Positions 1 to 13,501 of a DNA stretch of 64,000 bases are shown here, piece by piece (position 1 is the first letter of the stretch; every line of letters begins with the position of its first letter). A program made the position numbers and the translations under genes. This DNA is from Parasitella parasitica NRRL 2501 (Eukaryota; Fungi; Mucoromycota): contig MU619333.1 in assembly GCA_025201805.1 (NCBI GenBank), positions 41,161 through 105,160 of the forward strand, written 5' to 3'. Below the pieces are notes generated by a model. That model was not told the origin of the DNA, searched no databases, and saw only the letters and a program-made list of their open reading frames with translations.

Positions 1-135
1 TCTAAGCAGTGAAATGGACCGGTTTAATCTCTAAGCAGAGAAATGGACCAGTTTAATTTTTTTTATTTTCTCTAAGCAGTGAAATGGACCAGTTTAAATT
101 TTTTTTTTTTCTCTAAGCAGTGAAATGGACCGGTT
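1..135. repeat. Four copies of a ~25-bp repeat CTCTAAGCAGTGAAATGGACCRGTT separated by short AT/T-run spacers; probably subterminal repeats of an element extending left of the window
   Basis: Copies start at about 1, 29, 69 and 111, read directly from the sequence. Confidence 0.9.
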
Positions 136-713
136 GCGATTTAACAGTTTTGGGCAATCTTAAAAGGGAAACTGAAATGCCACAAACTGTTAACGGAAGA
201 TAAATTATCTGATAGAATTGCTGAGGTATGTAATGCCATACCTGTTGAAATTCTATACAACTTTGCCAGTCATTTTAAACGACAAACCATTCAATGTTGT
301 AATAAAACTCCATTCTAATCATTTTGAAGTCAAAAAATACAAATCATTTTCAGGTCAATTCGATTTAGACATAAAGGGACAATCAATTTTTGGGTTAGTG
401 CCATTAATTTTTTAGAAAGTGACATTTATTATTTGGTTACGGACATTTAATTTTCTCAAAGTGACAAAATTTACCGTTCTCACTGTACATGATTTTCAAC
501 TTCAGGGCTCCAATAGTAAATGAAAGTTCCGATTTGAATTGAATTGTATTCAAGACAAGGTAAAGGCAATTTAGGGCCAGAAAAAAAATGATGATCAATA
601 GTTCTATTCGTTCATAAGAGTTTATTGACATCCGGTTTTAGAATTGATACATTATATACAAAATCTAAGAGCAGCTAGTAACGTCACACTCTATCGTAAG
701 AGATGGCAAAAAA

Positions 714-795
714 TGCCAACTGTGAGATTTGAACTCACGCCTCTCTCGAGATCGCAACTTGAGTGCGACGCCTTAGACCGCTCGGCCAAATTGGC
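714..795 (-). tRNA. tRNA-Leu(CAA), intronless
   Basis: Reverse complement GCCAATTTGGCCGAGCGGTCTAAGGCGTCGCACTCAAGTTGCGATCTCGAGAGAGGCGTGAGTTCAAATCTCACAGTTGGCA has the acceptor stem GCCAATT/AGTTGGC, anticodon stem TCGCA/TGCGA with CAA, a long variable arm and a GTTCAAAT T-loop. A T6 Pol III terminator follows at 708-713. Confidence 0.96.
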
Positions 796-3700
796 TTTGA
801 TGATTGATACGTGTTGTGGATTGCATATTATCAAGTTTTCAAAAAAGGAAGCACGTGATATGAGAAGATACACAAGATGTAGTCTGTCCAAGAACTCGGT
901 ACCTGAGACATTAAAAGTAGAAGTTGATCTTCAAATAAACATTGAGCTTTTCTTTCGTAATTTTCTTTATTAATTGTTGCCTATTCCAATTGAAGAATAT
1001 GTTGTGCCAGAAAGGCATGAGATTAAGCAATTATTAGTGTTATAGATTAGTATAAACTGATCATCACATAAAGAGAATCTCCGTAAATAATATCAATATG
1101 AACTTCAAATTACCCAGAATATTCCACAAAAATTACAATCATCAAGACCAGGCTAGCATGGATTTAAGAAGACGTAATCCAATATCAAGAACAAATAGAA
1201 ACAACTCCAACACTCGTCAAATATCCGCCATTGGTTATCTCTTTATCAATCCTTGCTGCCAAAACGTCCTGGATGAATAATCCAATATAATTTAGCTTCA
1301 TATCCATAATCATTTACCCTTGGAAAACTAGTATAAAAAGATAGTTTTTAATTGACATTTTGATGAGCTTCATCTAAAAAATAAATAACAGTTTTAAAAA
1401 GTAATTTTTTACATATTTTTTACTAGTAATTTCACAGTATATCATTCCTTGTATAGTCTTATCCATTATATATTAATAGTACATGTCTGAGTGTATATCA
1501 CGTGGTATTCATCTTAGCATATATCGGTATATGTAGCATGTCTATAGCATGTCATAAGCATATCTATAGCATTGCACATATTGTACAAGTCTGTAGTACA
1601 TGATGTATCTGTAGCTAGTATCATGGATATAAGTATATGTCTTGTAGTGCGTATCTAGAAACTGGGAATACGCATCTGAAGCATAGATCTTATATAGCAT
1701 AAGCTCGTAGCATATACTAAATCTAGTAAATGTCTAAGGCTCGTGTCGAGATATAAGTATCAGTCTATAGCGTCATCCATCCTAATGGTGCCGTCTCTAG
1801 CTTATATCTTATATAGTATAAATCTGTATTGCACATCTTATTATTATCTGTGCACATATGTAGTTTATATCAATTTAAGGTAACTGGATGAATCTAGAAG
1901 TGGAATGCAGATCATCATAGTGAATGTATTTCACAAGATCATCTAATACTTGATGTTGTTCGGTTTTATTGTCTTTTTCTTTATCTTCCTGTCTTGGATA
2001 AGATATAATTTCTTCACCTTACTTTATTAATAACTGCTCTTTGTATATCATCTTGAATATCCAGTACGTTCAGATTCATTTAAAATTCTCGCTCGTTGTT
2101 TATCCAATACTTGTGATAAGTGTTGTATCCATATAAGGGCTACATATGTCATATCTAACTTAGTCATAATGCACGGACTATGATATTAATTGTTGGTAAT
2201 TCTTGTAATGAAATGGCACCTATTATATGGCACCAAAATTATAATGAAATAAAATACAGATGGATCATGGCTAATCCATCCAAAAAATAAATACATGAAT
2301 AGCACAAGTAAATATAAACAAGTGCTGGTAGAAGCTTGCACTCCTGATAAAGTACAATCTCCTACAACCCTGGCACATGCTAATGTTGAACAACGCTGCT
2401 CATAATCACAAATAAACAAGTTCCAAACATATATAAACAATGCAATTGTTAAAACAATTGCAATAATTCTAGATGCCAGAAATGGCTTGTTTATTACGCA
2501 TTAAGGAAAGCTTAGTCGCATTAGAAATAATCAGGATCCTTAATAAATATTATAATCCTGCCCAAAACCATAGTATCAATTCCAATACCAACATATCGAA
2601 ATCTCAACTACAATACAAGTGAGAGAATATCAACAAAAGTCATTCTTCGAATAAACTGTAAAATAAGTATTCTCACTGTAGTGAGGCAAATTTACAAGTA
2701 GTATGAATACAAGCTCTTTTAAAGAGCATGTATCTTTTCTTCAGTTTTCTTTTAATCGAAAATAAAGGTGGAAAGACTATAACTGTATTTCTCTGGCTTT
2801 ATTTTTTTATTTTTTTTTATTTTCACATAAAATTGATTCCAATTTTATTGCAATTCTTTTACAAATAAAAAATAAGCTACAAGTTGTGATTAGACCTCTT
2901 GCAAGGTTCCAGGCTTATTCAAAGAATATATCTAGATCAGATCGTGGGATGTCGTCGGAAAGACACCCTACCCAATCTTCTCTTTAATGTAAAATAGAAG
3001 AATAGGTCTGCCCTGGAAATGCTGTGATTTAATAAGGTTTGACACTTCTTGTCAAACATCAGATGTTATGTGGATAAACATTGATTGGGATATATTTTAG
3101 TATAAATAGAGATCATATCTTATGTCTTCAATTTTGTATCTGGTTTTATTCAGAAAGGTCTTTATTACTTTATATAATTAACATTTACATAACATGACGC
3201 TGCGCCCTTTGACGCTGGCACAATAATAAGCGTCATAATAGGCTGAGTGTTGGCAGCATCTGGTGAGAAAGCTGATTTTTTCTTGGGTGGCAAATCTGTA
3301 TTATTGCAAATCATAATGTCCAAAACTAGCAAGTAAGTGGAATCGATGTAAGTCCTGTTTGTGTCAACAAGAAGCTCTGCAAACTCTATACATGAGAATG
3401 GAATACTATTTTTTTCTTTGTTGTAAATAAAATTGTCTATCAAAGCATTCATGATGATAATAAAATAGAATTATATTCTTGCAACCTATTTAAATCATGA
3501 TATTTTACCAACAATTTTTTGTAAACATTAATTATATATACATATGTCAACTAACTCACTTTTTGACATGCCTTGGTTAGCATTTAACTATAAAAAATTC
3601 ATAATAGTGAGTCTGTCTTGAGACGATTGACAGTGCGCTGGTCATTAGCAACAGTTATCCTTGCTTCGATCGGAAGCGTGTCATCTGAGATGATAAATAA

Positions 3701-5238
3701 CCGTTACATTTCACTTTGTAACATAATTCCTCTAGTCTTCTTTCTTTCCGAGGTACAGTTCACGAGTTGTATAGTAAAAAAAAGAATAAAAAAACTAAGC
3801 TATTGAATTGAAAGGATTGAATATGCACAACGACTCTACATTTGTGTAGACAGAGTATAGAATTTAAAGAGGTTTACAGGAGAACGTGGCAGAAGTTGCC
3901 CTATTTCAAGTTCTGTGTTTTGTATATATTCTAAAAATATTTTCAAGGAGACTCTTTTTTTATTAGTATTGATTTGAGGGCACGAGCGATGATAAAAATT
4001 TATTGGCGTCTTTTCTGACAGGGTATCAAAATACGATTAAGAGCAGTAAAGAACCAGTTAGTTAGATGTTTATACACTCGTTCACCTTGATGTCATTTTC
4101 GTCGATTGACTGCAATGCATTGTATTTAAAACAATAGGCATTGAATGATCATACATATTACAGTTATGCATATTAGAATTTACTTATCCTTGATTCTTGA
4201 TAAGCACATGATGGAAAAACTGGATAAAAAGCAGCTTTTCATCGAAGATCATGCGATTTCAATTTTTTAGGTACACAAGAAACATAGGTTTCCCATGAAA
4301 AAAACGCAATACATTTGTCAAACGTGAATAATCGTTTCCATTGTATTTTTTTATTGAAATAGCTTCTTGCTAAATGCATAAACCTCCTTTAATATGGATT
4401 AAATTTCATATGAACTTTTATTCATTTGGTATGAAGTACACTTAAAAGCATGGTATTAATTAATTGCATCAAGTAAAACCGATATAGATCAACCGATGCC
4501 TATCAAGACAAAGATTTTATAACGAGTAGGACAAGTTGCTTTGAAAAAAGCAATGTTTAGCGTGGCGAAATCACTGGTTTTGGAAATCATTGGACTTGTT
4601 CCCAACGAATCATGACCACAGCGTTTTACAACCAAGAATTATAAAATAAATGGACTGGAGCATTAAAGAAAATTATGCAGAATTAGTCGATCTCTTGAGA
4701 AAGGAGCTAAATTGCTCTACATGCAATGTCATATCGGAAAGCACACAAATTTTTTGCTTCAAGTTTGCTTGATGATGATTGCAACAAGCATTTGAATATT
4801 GGTACTTTGATAAATCAATTTAAAGGCCATCTCCACTTCAAATACAAGGATTGTGCGTAACATTACTTAAATAATTGTCAAGCTCTGCAACATTCAACAC
4901 TAAGCTGATAATATATACACATATATATAGCAAAGAAGGATATAGACCGAAACCTTGGGCTCTTAAGGCATTATGATGATTATCCTGCGTCAATTACAAT
5001 ATGGAATGGTACGATGATATAAACGATATCTCCTATTTTCTTGTCTTTATATATATTTATATAAAACTTCCATTTGAGGGGATTTAAAGCCTAAAAATAA
5101 TAAAATTTGCGGCGGCAAACATTCGTTTGTAATACAGTGTAGCATTCAATGCTAGCCAGAATTGTATAAAATGCCAAATAATATTCAGAAAAAAGCAGCC
5201 TTATCTTTTCTACTTTCCCTTAAACACATACATTCGTT

Positions 5239-7102
5239 ATGCTCATTGCTAATGCATTGTTATTAGTTGCTGGCGGTGCAGCTCAAGTTTATGCAGCCAC
5301 CACGACAAGTTCTGGTCTCGTTGCTCAGTTCTCCCCCGTCTTTCCTTCGACATTACCTAAAGCTACTGGTGTTGTTACGTCTTACAATCCTGGCCCATAC
5401 GATATCACCACTAAGTTGTCTACTGCTGCTTTGAAGGGTTATCCTCCTACTTGGGAATCCCCTCCCACTTCCTCTGCCGAAGTAAAAAAGGTTTATGACA
5501 TGATTGATTGGTCAAAGGTCCCTAAAGGTTGCTACTGATCATTTCTGTATGTATGTTGCAAGTTTATTAACATTGATAAATATCACTATAGCTCCTGTTA
5601 GAAAACAGGATTCTAATGGCAACTGGATCAGCGACTCTGATGGAAGCTCTGATCCTTATTGTTGGTGGAGTTCAACAAATTGCGTCCAACCCAAGGCCAA
5701 ATATTTGCCTGAAGATATTTATACATGTCCTACAAGTGGTGATTGGGGTCTCAACTATGATGATGGGCCTTTCAATAGGTACGATGCTAGCGAAGATGAT
5801 GCCGAATTAGAAAATAAGTATGCTGAGCCTGCCCTATACAACTTCTTGGCCGAAACCAACAATCAAAAAGCCTCTCTCTTTGTAAGTAATATTGCCTGCT
5901 TATAAATAAACATGTAGTTAATTTTCTCTATAGTACATTGGCTCCAACGTAGTGAATTATCCTGCTGCTGCAAAACGTGGTTTGAACGATGGCCATCATC
6001 TCTGTGTGCATACATGGTCTCATCCTGCTATGACTACTCAAACTAATGCCCAGGTCGTTGCCGAACTTTACTGGACTCTCAAGGCTATTAAAGAGGCTAC
6101 TGGTATTACTTCCAAGTGTTGGAGACCTCCTCAGGGTGATGTCGATGACCGCGTTCGTGCTATTGCTTACCAAATGGGGTTGCGAACTATCCTTTGGGAT
6201 GAAGATACTGTAAGTTTCTTTACTTTATAAAGACCAATCTGCGCATAAATTTAGTTACTTTTGAATAGAATGACTGGGACATGCCAGCTCCTGGAGGTGG
6301 TAACCTAAGCCCTAAAACTGTAGATGGTTATTTCAAAAAATGGATCAGCGCTTACGAGTCTGGCAAAGACAAGAAGGGCCATATTGTTCTTGAGCACGAG
6401 CTTAATAGCGCGACTGTCAATATGTCTATGTTTTGGCTGCCAAAGCTTCAAGAAACCTTCAATGTCATTCCCGCTTTGGCTTGTAACGGCATTTCGCAAC
6501 CATACTGGGAGACTTCATTTAAGTACCCTTTGAGTAACAGCCCTGGCAACCCCACTACTACCACTACTACCTCTAAAACTACTACCACTCCTGCTGCTAC
6601 CCCTACCTCTACTACTTGTACTTCTGGCTCCTACGGTTTGGGCAATGGCGACGGATACAATGGAGCTTGTTGCAAGGATCAATCTGATTGCTGGGATGAC
6701 TGTATCAGCGGCAAATGCAATGGTCCTGTTAATACCAAGGTTTCTACTACCAAGGCAGCTACTACTACCAAGACTACTACTACCAAGGCCACTAACACTG
6801 CTACACCTACGTGTATCTCTGGATCTTACGGCTTAGGCAATGGTGATGGTTATAAGGGTGCCTGTTGTAAAGATCAATCTGATTGCTGGGATGACTGTGT
6901 CAGCGATAAATGTAATGGTCCCGTCAATACCAAGACTACTGAAAAATCTGCTACTAAAACGACCACCAAAAAGCCCACTGCTACTGCCAGCTGTATCCCT
7001 GGCGCTAGAGGAAAGAAGAAGGGCAACGGGAAGACTGGTTATTGCTGTTCTTCCAGCGACGATTGTTTAGAAACATGTCGCTCTGGTAAATGTGGCCTTT
7101 AA
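5239..7102 (+). CDS. Secreted chitin deacetylase (CE4/NodB) with Thr-rich linkers and three C-terminal six-Cys repeats; exons 5239-5527, 5592-5881, 5934-6209, 6269-7102
   Basis: Signal peptide and CE4 motifs NYDDGP, HTWSHP, RPPQGD, DTNDW and IVLEHE. GT-AG introns join the ORF pieces in frame. Confidence 0.93.
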
Positions 7103-10011
7103 AGATAATGTGTATGACCATAAGCAATTTTGTAGTATCAAAAATAAAGCCTCATTATATAATTCCAACAATTCATAATTTGTACCATGCAAACAAATTT
7201 GGATATATTTTTTTTTTTTTTTTTTTTTTGAAAGGAATGATGCTTTATATATATATATAAATGCGTAAACGTGAAAATGGAATACTAAAAAGTATCTTTT
7301 GAGAAGCATTTTAGAAATTATTTTTATAGTTGAAGATGCAGGTAACGGTATGCAAAAATCCTATCTCATTTAGCCTTGTGAAAGTCCAGATGGCCGATTT
7401 CTCATCAATATTTTTACCGATTCAAATTGATCACTATTAATGTGATAGACCCATAGAATGGTGGCTTTGTGCGTTTTTGACCCTAAAAGTTTTTAAACGG
7501 GCCTATACCATTCAAAATTGCATATACTACAGTGTATTACATGAAAATTTGATGTGTAATCCAGGACTGATCATATCAACATATGACAGTTGATATAAGC
7601 TTTTGTAGACGAGTGTTTGACACGCTAGATTTTAAAACAGCTGCTAGTTGAGAACTCCCAAGCATGTCAGCAAAAAAAAATTGACATACGTGTAAATATC
7701 CGGATATTTGTGCATTTGTTTCTTTCTGCAGTTCAGCGTAAAAAAAAACAATGCGATTGATTTTCCAGAACTATTGAGTTTACCGCATGATCCAAGGAAA
7801 AAAAAAGCTTGGATCGAATTATAATAGGACATTATGGTGAAATCTCTTGATAATTTCTTAATATAGTAAAATTCAATGTTGGACAAAAAAGCTGTACAAA
7901 ACCTTCTTTTCATGGTTGTGAGAAAATCAAGCTCCCATTTTATTTTTAGATTACCATTGCATTTATATCGCAACTAAAAGAAAGATTGGATTTTGGAATC
8001 ATGTGTATTATAAATATGAGCTTGATATTGTCCTCATATCATCGTATATAGTGTACTGCAGTATACCGTATCCCAATCCTGTTGAACGACCAGATAGTAC
8101 GGATAATTAAAATTATATACTTCGTATTTTGCAAATAAGCTTCGTAATGGACCTGAAGAAAAACGTATTTCCCCTGAAATATACGGGTAGCGGGGACGAA
8201 TTCATTCCACTACTATGGGCTGCAGCTTTGAAGGTAATCTCTCAAGTGCAAATAACTAAAAACATATCATATACGATATGTCATTCCTTCACCTTCTACA
8301 GCCCACCTTCTCGGGCAATCTTTCATGAAAAAGATGACATGATATGGTTATCCATATCCTTTGGGAGTTATTTTTAGGTGAGGATTTTCTTTCCCGCTCC
8401 AAGTTTATACTGAAAAAACATCAGATCCATAAGAATTAGGTGTTGTACAACACAACGTTACTGGGTATAAATCAAGATTCTGCTATAATTTAAGCCTACA
8501 GCACGAGAAATTCGTGCAATACACGTCCAAAGTGGACACTTTTTTCTTTCTATGGGAAAGCCACTCTATCAATGTTGATGTACTACATGCTTCCGTTTTT
8601 TCTTTTAATGGTAAGCAGCTATTCATTGCTGTCTTTTTAACCAGTGTATGTATGAAGCATTTTTGATTCTCTATTATTAAGAGCGGCTTGTAAATCAAAG
8701 CTTACAATTATCAAGAAAACCCTAGCTTTTAGTAATGGAGTCTTGTAAAACGTGTTGATTGAGCGAAACTCGACATGATTAATGCTCTTCTTCGTTGGTT
8801 TAAATTGAGCATTCTCTGTTATGAATATTTTTCACTAAAAACTTGCAACTGTAAAAATGATAGCAGCCTGTTAATTTGATTAAGCTAGAATATAGTTCCA
8901 TTTAATTATAGGGACATTTCACACACCATTGCTAGATTAAAATATAAATATGATAATCAAATAAATCTGTCAAGAAGCGAATGTTGCAAATCAATGCCAT
9001 AATAACCAAGTTACGAAATCGTTTTATAAGTAGAATGTATTTAAGCATTTCGTACATGAGATATGTGAAAATCAAAGTTTATTGGCAAAACTATAATGAT
9101 GGATTGGGAAATTACTTATACAATTTTTTGTACTACCGAATACTATTTTTATTGGTTTTCTCTCTTTACCCAACAAGATAATATGGCAAAGATCAGGAGA
9201 GAATGAAACGAACTTCCGCTCACAAAATAACGGCAATCAGAAAAATTAGTTAACAAAGAATTGATTTCTGAAAGATTGATTTGGTTTTTGTTGTTGCTGA
9301 ACAAATTTGATTTCAAGTACATTGGATGTATATATCTACCCCCCCCCCGTGAATTACAAATTGATGTGAAAGGGATTTGCGAGAAATAAAGTAGAAATCA
9401 GCGCACGAGGTGTGCCGCATGTGCTTCATTTCAAACAGAAGTTCTCATCAATGAAAGAAAACGTTTTAGCAAAGCGAGGCGCATTTCAATCAACAATATC
9501 TTCGAAAAGACCATACTTTTAAAACGCATCATCTTGTTCAATTCGTAAACCTCACTGGAAAGCTTGGAATCAGGTACACCATCTAAAAAAAAAAAAGGGA
9601 GATCTATTTAAATTCGTTTCTTCAACTTAAACTTTAAGTGGCACACGGTAAATTCGGAGTGCGGGCACTGACAAATTGGATGTAGTTGCACAAAAACCGT
9701 TTGATTAGGTGATACACTCTAAATTGGTTACTTTGTATTATCTTGCCATGTTATTATATGGAGGGAACGAACAGCAGCTAGCAACAGATTTTTTTTAAAA
9801 GAGCTACCACAAATGAGGATTTCCCTTTCAAGGTAGTACATGTGTGATGCGTGCACTTCTCCGAATCCTTTAATTTTTCAAAATACATATAAAATCCCAA
9901 TTGTTTTTTTGGTTTAGAGGTTAAAGTAGCCCTTTTTTTGTCGTATTGAAAATTTGCTCAAATCTCCAACTGATAAGCATTCATTAAAACCCATAGCAAA
10001 TCTTAGATACA

Positions 10012-11397
10012 ATGACACCTCTTTATCCTCAAGTTATGCCTACCATCAAGCCATATCCTCAGCAGCTACAGCCTCAGCTCATACATTCTACCCAATATCC
10101 ACACCACCAACAGCAAAAACTGATTAATTTGTCTGTATATCGTCCAGCATACCATAGAATCCCATCGACGCCTATCTCTCCTCATCATCAGAAGGATGTC
10201 TGGGCCACTGCGTCTCCCGAGGTATCCCCTATCGTTGTACCTTCGATGTCACCAGCTACTCTTCACCCTCAGTTTTTGAATTTTTATACTGGTGTTTATC
10301 ATCAACAGCCTATTGTACATACCAATGTAAGTGCATTGTGTTTCGCTTTGAAGCTTTAACTGAAATCCAATAATCTTTATTATAGTATTCCCAAATACCA
10401 CAACCACAAACGCAACAGGCACATATTGACATGAATCAGGTACCGCCTATCCACCATACGCTGGAAAATGCGACCATTACCTATGATACTATCCAGCACA
10501 ATCTTCTAAAAGAATTGGTTAAGGACGTGTTTTTCTCTCCTGCTATGACTACGGATTCAGATATAAGGGAAATGTCCCCATCAGGTTCTCTCTCGTCCTC
10601 GTTTTCTGTGTCTGCTGGCGACAACGATTCAATTTTTTCTGCAATCACACCACCTTTCTCTCCTTATGAGCAATCTCCCAGCGAATTCCTTTTGGAGCAA
10701 GACACCTTATTTGAGTTTGGCCTTGACCTTGCTACAACATGCAATATATCAAATCAAACAACTACAAGTTCATATAAAGAGATCAAGGTGGCTTCTGCTA
10801 CTGCTAATTACTTTATTAGCAATGATAACCAGCAGCAACAAAACAAGCGCCGCTGCTCTGATTCTATCCTGCAAGAACGCAAAAAGAAGAAGCAGCGTCA
10901 AGACTTGTTGAGCCAGCTGAGATCAACATCTCCGGGCTCCTCTTGTGATAAGATTCATATTGAATCAGACGAGGCAAAGTAAGTGATTGAATTCGGCGTA
11001 GAAGCATTTATGTTCCTAACTCTGTTCTAGTGCATTCGTGGGATCAAGCCGATTCAATACTGCCCACAATACTTCAACTACTGAAGCTGATTACAATGGC
11101 TACCGTTTTGAGTGCAAAAAGCCTCGCCGCGATGTGACACCCTTTGCCAATGAGTTTATCGATGAAAAAGAGAGACCCATTCTTCAAAAGCATTGTTCAG
11201 CGTGTCAGCGCAATGATTCTTGGAAAGGTAATGCGCTTGGTCGTTGTGAGGGATGTCCTAAAGCATATCACCAAAAATGCTGTGTGAATACTATACACGA
11301 TGATGCGTTTATTGATTCCAAGGAGCCTTGTGTTTGTGGTAATTCTGGCTACGAAGCGACCGGTAGGGACGAAGATGATAGTCAAACCACCACATAA
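10012..11397 (+). CDS. Low-complexity protein with a C-terminal PHD-like zinc finger; exons 10012-10326, 10386-10978, 11031-11397
   Basis: In-frame GTAAGT...AG introns, CSAC...CEGC...HQKC pattern, basic NLS-like ERKKKKQR. Confidence 0.75.
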
Positions 11398-13501
11398 ACG
11401 ACACCCCTTGACATCCAATCCTAAAGGTTGCACTGAGTCTCTTTCAAACAAAAAATCTCTTCAAAATCCATAAGCTGTATATACACGCACATGATATATT
11501 TTATCCCTTATTTATTTTTGCCATTTTGCACAAAAGCAGGCTAGCCATTTTATTCATTTTACAACAAAAACCACTTGTTTATTAATACATCAAAGCATTC
11601 AATAAAATTACTCGATTATCAAATGAATTTACTTGTATCACTGAGATATGACCAGGAAGTGGGTGGGAGCATTTTCAGCTATGTGACATTTGTGATCGTT
11701 ATATTTACGATTATTTCGTCGTGTCATCGAGGGGGAGAGTAGATCTTCATGTGAAAGAAGGTTTCGCTGCAAATGTACTCCCACAATCTCACACCCTCAA
11801 GCCTATAAGCAAGATAGTAAACTCGTCCAGTAAATTGAAATTAAAAATATTCGCTGTACAACACCATCAGGCTTGTTGTTTAGGTAACCAACATTCGTTT
11901 AACCCATGTTTTTTAATGTCTGTGTACACTTTTTAAAATAAAATAAAAACCCATAATTGCGCGGATCTGTTTGTTTTTTCGCAGAGCAAGTCAAGCGACG
12001 AAACAACACGCACGTGTGCCATGTCTTATTGTCGCATCTGTGAAAAGATAGCTACACCAACTTGAATAGCTTCAGGACTCAAAGATTTCTAGCCTTCCAC
12101 AACCTACTTTTTTTTGCTGCATATCCACTGCTATCATAATTAACAAATTTTCTTAATCAATAAATGTACTCAGATTTGATAAGAAACAAATTGTGAGGTG
12201 CATTAGATGCAAAAAGTAATGATTGTCAATTTCTTTTATTTATTCATGCTTAAGCTCTTGCCGCTATAAAGACATGTATAAGCACCATCCAAATCTTCTA
12301 CAAATGTGCATATTTGCCTAAAAATCGGCTAAAACGTTGCAAATCTAGCTTATTTTGTATTTTTCCATCTCATACGTAGAGCTTTTGTGTGGTCTTTTAT
12401 CAAAATCTATTACCAAAAGCGTAAATTATATACAACACGCAAGACAATATCTATATTTTCTAGCCCACGATGATAGCTTCCTGACGATATATACATATGC
12501 ATTCGGAGCAGTAAAAACATGCAAGAATTAATTGATTAGACCTGAATTGACTCTTAAATTAGCTTAAATAAGGCCTATATTACGCTTTAAGAAGGGTTGA
12601 AGGCTTACAATCGCCATTCTTCCCTCTAAATCTCTGGCGCGGGAGTTAGGGTGGTGTTTATCATAGAAATACCACCATTGCTTCTTTTCCTTATACTGTC
12701 AATCAGTAGTGTTGCTTTATATCCTGTTAATATATATTTTATGTATTTATTTATTGGACTTGTTGTGTTCTGTCTGTTATTATTGTGTGTTACTTGTGTC
12801 TTGTCATTTAGTGCCATGGCATTATAATGGTTAAGTTACCTTTAAACCTTAGTGATATGCTTAGGAGTGGATCTCTGGTCTTTCTGTTAGCTTGTAGCTA
12901 CCTCCTCGTCATTTTAAGACTTTCAAATGCTCGCTTTACGATTTTTCTTCCTGCCGATCCCAAACCTCCATATCTTATTAAACTTTTCTACTGCATACTA
13001 AATAATAAAGCAAAAGGGTTTTATTTCCCTCCAAAGTTAAAAAAGTTTCTATATCATAAATCTTGTAATTGATTTTGTAAATAAAGCTGTCATCTGCTTA
13101 AATTGTAAATCATTTTACTAAATTAAAACCGTTAGAACAAGGTACATGCGGAAATTGCTAGTGCTGGTATCGTCTGCATTAATAAAGGTCGATATTTGCA
13201 AACTTCAAGACATTCGGTTGGCAATAATGGAATACCGTTTCGATTTTTAAAAAGAAACAAAGCTATGTTATTATTTTTATCTTATTGTTATGCGTTTGTT
13301 CAAAGCTATAATACAGTTGTGTGCATCGTGCCGTAAAGGTGCCTTAAGGCATGAAGATTAGATAACTGTTAGTCACATAGGATTGTCAAAAGGTTTGTAT
13401 ATAGAGCCAATGATAAGCTGCAAACGAAATTGAAAGGCCAAGTTAATGAATTCAATGGAGTAGATTCTCTTTTCTTCATACATTTAACGCTAGAAGCAGT
13501 T

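Noticed and set aside
1-135. CRISPR-like array
   Set aside because: Spacers are 3-17 nt AT/T runs rather than unique sequences, the context is eukaryotic, and there are no cas genes.
644-973. 109-aa and 66-aa ORFs
   Set aside because: They are artefacts overlapping the tRNA-Leu gene.
3165-3452. 95-aa minus-strand ORF
   Set aside because: No recognisable motif or convincing exon partners, so it cannot be supported.
12626-13072. Possible retroelement fragment
   Set aside because: No RT, integrase or LTR hallmark could be identified.
13340-13351. Perfect palindrome TGCCTTAAGGCA upstream of OST3
   Set aside because: A single 12-bp palindrome is expected by chance in 64 kb.
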